A stretch of DNA of 64,000 bases, taken from the sequence record NZ_CP090008.1; one strand, given 5' to 3'. The stretch's first letter is position 1, and each line of letters starts with the position of its first letter. Below, piece after piece: positions 58,819 to 64,000 of this stretch. The position numbers and the translations under genes were made by a program. The notes under the pieces are model-generated. The model had not been told where the DNA came from, did no database searches, and saw only the letters and a list, made by a program, of their open reading frames with translations. The DNA is from a plasmid.

Positions 58819-59997
58819 ATGAAATCTGATTTTATGAAAAGAATTAATACAAGGAAAAGTGCCATAATTTCTCTTATCGCACTATTTTGTTTCGGTATAG
58901 GGTACTATGTACTTGCAATTTCACCACATCAAAGAGCGGTACAGTCATTTAATGAAGTAACAGCCAAAATTCAAAAAGAAAACCGTAGCTTAGAGGAAAC
59001 AATCAAAGTATCTAAGAAACTACTTAGTTGTAAAGATAAACCCTTAGACGAAAAGCTGACGGTTGAGTTAAAAAACGAAGTCTCAACTGCTGAAAAGAAG
59101 AAACAAGTAATTCCTAAAATTAAAAAGAAAACAAGCGACATCAATAAACAAGTTAAATCACTAAAAAAACCAATTAACTACACAACAGAGATAAAAGAAC
59201 TTCAAGATAAAAACCAGAAGTATTCAACAAGTGTTAAGCAGTTAAAACAAATTACAAATCCTTCCAATACATTTGTGGAAAGTCGTCTTAAGGAAATTGA
59301 TACGATTTCAGATGTTCAGTCAGCCACAGAAGATAATGATCCAAACCAAGGCTTAAACAAACAAGGAAGTTATACGGCAGCAGTTTATTTCTCTGACAAT
59401 GAAGTGACTAATCCAGTTGCTGGTGCTGATTTAGTAGCAAAAGGTACGGATGCAGGGGGATGCGTAGAGGTTTATAAAACGGTAGAAGATGCCAAAAAAC
59501 GAAATGACTATTTAAGTGCTTTCGATGGCCTTCCAACTGTCATTAACCCTGGTTCACACTATGTTTATGGAACGGTTGTTATTCGTGTCGCAGCATCATT
59601 AACGGCATCACAACAAAATGCTTTGACGCAAAAGATATATGAGAAGTTAATTGAGATTAAAGATGATAGCACAAGCAAAAACTCCTCAAAAACGGAAATC
59701 CCATCCTCTACGAAACCATCATCATCTAGTTCAAGCTCTACTCAAGCAACTGTTAGTGAATCAGCTCAGAGTAACACCAAAACGGTAGCTGGAAGTGCCC
59801 CAACAACACCTGCACAACAACAAGATCCTGGAGTTACCGAATCATCAAAAGAAACGATGTTGAATCCTGAATATCATAGCCATATTGATGAAAATGGTTA
59901 TAATTCACTCTTGGGTGCCTATGTCCTAGATAATAACAATGGGGGAAACAACTCTAATACTACTACCGAGTCGTCAGCAACAGAAAGTTCTGAATAA
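58819..59997 (+). CDS. membrane-anchored Ser/Gln-rich extracellular protein
   Basis: N-terminal TM AIISLIALFCFGIGYYVLAI; C-terminal S/T-rich low complexity. Confidence 0.5.
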   Translation: MKSDFMKRINTRKSAIISLIALFCFGIGYYVLAISPHQRAVQSFNEVTAKIQKENRSLEETIKVSKKLLSCKDKPLDEKLTVELKNEVSTAEKKKQVIPKIKKKTSDINKQVKSLKKPINYTTEIKELQDKNQKYSTSVKQLKQITNPSNTFVESRLKEIDTISDVQSATEDNDPNQGLNKQGSYTAAVYFSDNEVTNPVAGADLVAKGTDAGGCVEVYKTVEDAKKRNDYLSAFDGLPTVINPGSHYVYGTVVIRVAASLTASQQNALTQKIYEKLIEIKDDSTSKNSSKTEIPSSTKPSSSSSSSTQATVSESAQSNTKTVAGSAPTTPAQQQDPGVTESSKETMLNPEYHSHIDENGYNSLLGAYVLDNNNGGNNSNTTTESSATESSE

Positions 59998-60173
59998 GTT
60001 GCTTATAACTCTATACTCTATTTTAAAAAGAATTAGAAGACTACTGAAAACGCCAATTGCAGCTATTGGTGTTTTTTTACTATCAAAGCTATTGGCAACA
60101 CTGTATCACTTGAAAACCTCACCAAAATAGTCTATACTTTTGTTAGCTTATAAACTAACAAAAGAGGTGGCAC

Positions 60174-61589
60174 ATGGGATATTTTGATTATTCAAGAGAG
60201 CCAAGAAGCGATATCGCTTTTATCGATATGAAGTCTTTTTATGCTAGCGTCGAATGTGTTGAGAGAGGACTACATCCTTTAAAGACTTCTTTATGTGTTA
60301 TGAGTAGAGCTGATAACTCTGCAGGTCTTATCCTTGCTTCTTCACCGATATTTAAGAAAGTGTTTGGAAAATCAAATGTTGGAAGAGCATACGACCTCCC
60401 TTTTGATGTTCAAACAAGAAGGTTCTCGTATTACAATGCCAAGAGACAAGGACTGAGAACAGATCCAGAATACGTGCGATTCATTGAAGATTGGGCAAAA
60501 GTGACTTTCATCGTTCCTCCCAGAATGGACGAATATATCTCAGTTAATATGGAAATTCAAGGCATTTTTCAAAACTATGGTAGTCCTAACGATATTTACC
60601 CTTATTCTATAGACGAGGGTTTTATTGACCTGTCTAGTTCTCTTAATTACTTCGTGCCAGAAAAACAGTTGTCACGAAAACAAAAACTCGACCTTATTTC
60701 TGCGAGGATCCAGAGAGACATCTGGAGACAAACTGGCATCTATTCAACCGTTGGTATGTCCAACGCTAACCCCTTACTTGCTAAACTTGCCCTTGATAAT
60801 GAAGCAAAGAAAACACCAACCATGAGAGCTAATTGGTCTTATGAGGACGTGGAGCAGAAGGTATGGTCTATTCCAAACATGACAGATTTCTGGGGTATCG
60901 GTAAAAGAATGGAGAAACGCTTCAACACGTTAGGTATCTACTCAATCAAAGACTTGGCAAATGCTAACCCAGATATCTTGAAGAAAGAATTAGGAGTAAC
61001 TGGTCTTCGATTATGGTTTCATGCTAATGGTATTGATGAAAGTAACGTTCATAAACCCTATAAACCAAAATCAAAAGGTCTAGGCAACTCCCAGGTTCTT
61101 CCTAGAGACTATTTTAGACAACGAGATATTGAAATTGTCCTTAGAGAGATGGCCGAGCAAGTTGCTATCCGACTGAGAAAGATAGGCAAGAAAGCGACTG
61201 TTGTTTCAATACACCTTGGCTACTCTAAGCATGAGAACAAGCGTTCTATCAATACCCAAATGAAAATTGAACCAACGAATAACACCGACATGCTGACAAA
61301 CTATGTGTTGAAGTTATTCCATAATAAATACACTTCAGGAGCAATCCGAAGTGTAGCGGTTAATTATTCTGGGTTTGTAGATGAATCTTTTGGATTAATC
61401 TCACTATTCGATGATGTCGAACAAATTGAAAAAGAAGAAAGGCTTCAGACAGCAATAGATTCTATCAGAGACCAATTTGGCTTTACCTCTCTACTAAAAG
61501 CTAATGCACTGGATAGTGCATCGAGGAGTATTGCCAGAAGTAGGCTCATCGGAGGACATTCTGCTGGAGGATTGGATGGTTTAAAATGA
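60174..61589 (+). CDS. Y-family DNA polymerase (UmuC/UvrX-like)
   Basis: IAFIDMKSFYASVE N-terminus (UmuC: ...D.N.FYAS.E), SIDE catalytic region, 471 aa. Confidence 0.75.
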   Translation: MGYFDYSREPRSDIAFIDMKSFYASVECVERGLHPLKTSLCVMSRADNSAGLILASSPIFKKVFGKSNVGRAYDLPFDVQTRRFSYYNAKRQGLRTDPEYVRFIEDWAKVTFIVPPRMDEYISVNMEIQGIFQNYGSPNDIYPYSIDEGFIDLSSSLNYFVPEKQLSRKQKLDLISARIQRDIWRQTGIYSTVGMSNANPLLAKLALDNEAKKTPTMRANWSYEDVEQKVWSIPNMTDFWGIGKRMEKRFNTLGIYSIKDLANANPDILKKELGVTGLRLWFHANGIDESNVHKPYKPKSKGLGNSQVLPRDYFRQRDIEIVLREMAEQVAIRLRKIGKKATVVSIHLGYSKHENKRSINTQMKIEPTNNTDMLTNYVLKLFHNKYTSGAIRSVAVNYSGFVDESFGLISLFDDVEQIEKEERLQTAIDSIRDQFGFTSLLKANALDSASRSIARSRLIGGHSAGGLDGLK

Positions 61590-61945
61590 TTGATCGTTCT
61601 TATTTACCATTTCAAGCAGCAAGAGAATATCAGGACCCTGGGATGCAGAAGTGGATGGGGTTCTTTCTGTCCGAGCATACCTCATCATTACATGCTGCTA
61701 AAAATCGTGTTGACTTCTCAACAGACCTAAGTAAGCCTCAGAAACTCTTATTACTTTCTCAACTCTATGCCAACCAACTTAAAGGGCAGTTCACTATCAA
61801 ACATAGAGATAGAAAAGTTACTTTATTCGGCGAAGTGAGAGAACTGTCTCATAAGGAAATATCAATAAAGACTAGTGAAGGGTATAGATTAGTCCAACTC
61901 GACAATATTCTTCAAATTCAGCTTTTGGAAAATCACATATACTAA
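61586..61945 (+). CDS. YolD-like protein (UmuD functional analogue)
   Basis: 119 aa, ATGA overlap with polymerase gene, typical YolD size and position; terminator 61949-61979. Confidence 0.6.
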   Translation: MIDRSYLPFQAAREYQDPGMQKWMGFFLSEHTSSLHAAKNRVDFSTDLSKPQKLLLLSQLYANQLKGQFTIKHRDRKVTLFGEVRELSHKEISIKTSEGYRLVQLDNILQIQLLENHIY

Positions 61946-62010
61946 AAAAGCAACAACCTATATTTGTGGTTGTTGCTTTTAACCATGAACAATAATTTAT
62001 TCATTTTTCT

Positions 62011-62172
62011 CCATTTCGGCTAATGCGGATAAGACACCATCCTCATAGCCTTCTTCACGACCTTCTTTAAAGCCTTCATCATGGCCTTTAATACATCCAG
62101 CATTATATCCTTCTTCGTAACCTTCTTCATAGCCTTGAGTATAGCCTTCTAAGTATTTGTTATTTTCTGGCA
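62011..62172 (-). CDS. small EGY-repeat protein (53 aa)
   Basis: rc: MPENNKYLEGYTQGYEEGYEEGYNAGCIKGHDEGFKEGREEGYEDGVLSALAEMEKNE; below ORF-track cutoff. Confidence 0.35.
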
Positions 62173-62264
62173 TTGTTCTTTTTTCCTTTGTTTTTGTATA
62201 CAGAATTGTATTTTATCTGTACACTATTAGTTTATACCATTTGGCTCTCTAAAAAGGAGCATTA

Positions 62265-62654
62265 TTACATTGATATTGTTTCGTTTCTAATAGGTTGACT
62301 AAAATCAACCGTAATGATGTTATCATCTTTATCAAGAATAACATCAGGATCTTTATCTGCCTCATTCAATAGGTTTTCAGCATATTCCTTTGCTTTAGTT
62401 TGCTTGGTGGCTTCAAATTCCTTATTACTTTTAAATTTATTCCATAAAACTTTAGCTAATGTTTTTGTAACATAGGCACCACTACAAATGATTGCACACA
62501 TTTTCACGGCATCTTTACGACCATCATCGTAACCATCATCGTAAATTTTCTCAATTAATTTTTCTGGACCACCATGAATACTTGCTATCTTAGCTAATGC
62601 TCCATAATCCCATTCCTCATCAATTTCTTTGAACTCTTTTTTAATTTCATTCAT
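62265..62654 (-). CDS. hypothetical protein (129 aa)
   Basis: Shares DDGYDDG motif with the small EGY protein. Confidence 0.45.
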   Translation of the reverse strand: MNEIKKEFKEIDEEWDYGALAKIASIHGGPEKLIEKIYDDGYDDGRKDAVKMCAIICSGAYVTKTLAKVLWNKFKSNKEFEATKQTKAKEYAENLLNEADKDPDVILDKDDNIITVDFSQPIRNETISM

Positions 62655-62714
62655 TGTTTATTTCTCCTTTATCTTTGTTAAGTATAGTATAAAGGAAATT
62701 ATTTATGTTGTCGT

Positions 62715-63593
62715 TCACAGTTTGTGAACTTTTTTTACAGTTTCTAGGAAGTGTATAGCATATGGGTTATTAATCCTAGCCAAGTCATAAATTAATTTAT
62801 AACCAATCAATTGATTAGTTGCAAAGTCCTCATCATTATCGACTAAGTCACAAATATACCTTAAAACAAAAAAGTAATCAGCAACCTTACTGTATTTTTG
62901 AGTTTCCTTTAGTAATTCAATATTAGGTAAAAAAAACTCATTAATTGCTTTCTTAAATAGAGGTGTTTTTATCTCATTATCATTGATGTTGGGTAAAACA
63001 ACATCCGTAATCAGAGCTTTTATATCCTTTTTATTTTTATTTTTGTTCGATTTAAAATCTTTCATTTGGTTACTAAATTTATCACTAAAAGTAGTAGAAT
63101 AACGAAGAAGCTTGAGGCTCAAGACATTTACTAGAATAACTAAAAATGTATCACTATTTTCTTTATATTCAGTTAATGCCTTACCGTAAGTATCTGCAAT
63201 AAAATCAATATCAACTGTTTCTTTTTCTTCAAGAGAACCAAAAAGTAATTTTTCATGTTCCTTATAAGCTTTAAGATATTCTGGACAGTAGGTGTCATCT
63301 AATTCATATACAGGGAAAATTTTTATCATTTCCTGCAAAATTCTATCTGGATTGTTTATAAATGCAACTAAATCAGGAGAAGTATTAGAAAAATCTACTG
63401 ACAATAAAGAATCTACTGTAACCCCATAGCGCTTAGCAATACTCTTGAGTATCTCATCATCATTTGGTTTTCGAGTACCACTCTCATACTGAGAAATTGT
63501 ACTGTTTCCCACGTGTAATGCTTCTGCCAAACTTTCCTGTGTTTCTCCGAAAGACGATCTTAATAATTTTAAATTACTTGCAAAATAGTCCAT
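62715..63593 (-). CDS. XRE-family HTH regulator with large C-terminal domain (ICE/prophage repressor-like)
   Basis: LAEALHVGNSTISQYESGTRKPNDDEILKSIAKRYGV. Confidence 0.65.
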   Translation of the reverse strand: MDYFASNLKLLRSSFGETQESLAEALHVGNSTISQYESGTRKPNDDEILKSIAKRYGVTVDSLLSVDFSNTSPDLVAFINNPDRILQEMIKIFPVYELDDTYCPEYLKAYKEHEKLLFGSLEEKETVDIDFIADTYGKALTEYKENSDTFLVILVNVLSLKLLRYSTTFSDKFSNQMKDFKSNKNKNKKDIKALITDVVLPNINDNEIKTPLFKKAINEFFLPNIELLKETQKYSKVADYFFVLRYICDLVDNDEDFATNQLIGYKLIYDLARINNPYAIHFLETVKKVHKL

Positions 63594-63689
63594 AATCTAA
63601 ATCTCCATTTTCTTCCTATTAGAATTGCTACAATATGATATGTACATTACAATATGCATCGTGTATAGCAATATTGAAGTGACAATCAA

Positions 63690-64000
63690 TTACAAGTCAC
63701 TTAGTGCTTCCTTAGTTGTCTCTGCAGCTACGTGTGCATATACCTCTACCATTGCAGTCCCCTTGTGTCCCAATTGTTGAGAGACTAGGAGGCTGTCTTT
63801 TGTTTGCTCATATAGACGTGTCGCAAGTGTGTGTCGCAGTTTGTGAGGAGTAGTGGGTTTACCATAGGCGGTAGATAGCTTCTTCACCAAAAGCTCGACA
63901 GAACGTGTTCCAAGCCTTGCAGGCACTTTATTTTGAGTCGTTAAGAAGAATGCTTTATCTGAATCACTTGCTGAGTAACGTCCCTTCCTAATTTCTAAAT
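63690..64000 (-). CDS. tyrosine site-specific integrase/recombinase, C-terminal part (N-terminus beyond window)
   Basis: HKLRHTLAT ... LGHKGTAMVEVYAHV (R-H-R-Y catalytic residues). Confidence 0.7.
   Translation of the reverse strand, partial: LEIRKGRYSASDSDKAFFLTTQNKVPARLGTRSVELLVKKLSTAYGKPTTPHKLRHTLATRLYEQTKDSLLVSQQLGHKGTAMVEVYAHVAAETTKEALSDL

Overview
The window looks like part of a large streptococcal-type (low-GC Firmicute) integrative conjugative element plus its accretion/cargo region, but it may be two adjacent elements; no organism assignment or database search was possible. All domain calls were made by eye from the translations.

Layout from left to right:
- 1-7.2 kb: miscellaneous small genes (Nudix-ASCH, DUF349), a duplicated and decayed small-ORF cassette, and a 44-bp inverted-repeat box that occurs upstream of two genes.
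- 7.3-22.6 kb: a Gram-positive type IV secretion / conjugation module. It contains VirB2-like, VirB8/TcpC-like, VirB6-like and VirB4-like genes and an M23 + CHAP-like cell-wall hydrolase. An N-domain-less ClpA/B-type double-AAA+ ATPase is embedded in it, which is unusual. Four of its promoters carry a conserved GGTGTCACTGGGTT element abutting the -35.
- 22.9-30.3 kb: cargo.
  - A cytoplasmic ββα-Me (DNA/RNA non-specific) nuclease paired with a zinc-finger protein, which is a possible defence or toxin module.
  - A ~1 kb insert flanked by 130-bp direct repeats of a CHAP-gene 3' end. It carries a structured ncRNA/leader with a perfect promoter and terminator, plus a 211-aa protein.
  - A GntR-ABC operon and a MutT-like NUDIX gene.
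- 30.4-32.4 kb: IS debris (ISL3 fragment, IS110).
- 32.5-43.5 kb: the most interesting part. This is an AT-rich gene cluster that I believe is undescribed. It combines RiPP-like hallmarks (a 24-aa peptide ORF and two PqqD/RRE proteins) with nucleotide-modification enzymes and a three-gene ABC-2 exporter, and a decayed IS30 lies inside it. The enzymes are a QueA paralog, two thymidylate-synthase-fold pyrimidine hydroxymethylase-like proteins, a dTMP-kinase-like protein, a Pol-beta nucleotidyltransferase, an APH-like kinase and a CYTH-NUDIX fusion. My working hypothesis is a peptide-nucleotide conjugate with a hypermodified pyrimidine, or a related secreted modified nucleotide.
- 43.5-49.2 kb: pseudogene debris (an HTH gene with a nonsense codon; an MmeI-like restriction-enzyme N-terminal fragment with an A7 frameshift), a PD-DxK nuclease-like protein and a zinc-ribbon peptide.
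- 49.3-58.2 kb: a pCF10-like surface module with a PrgC-like Ser/Thr LPXTG protein, a PrgB/antigen I/II-like adhesin and a PrgA/Sec10 surface-exclusion protein.
- 58.1-64.0 kb: an IS3 remnant, a UmuC/YolD error-prone repair pair, an XRE regulator and a tyrosine integrase that runs off the right edge.
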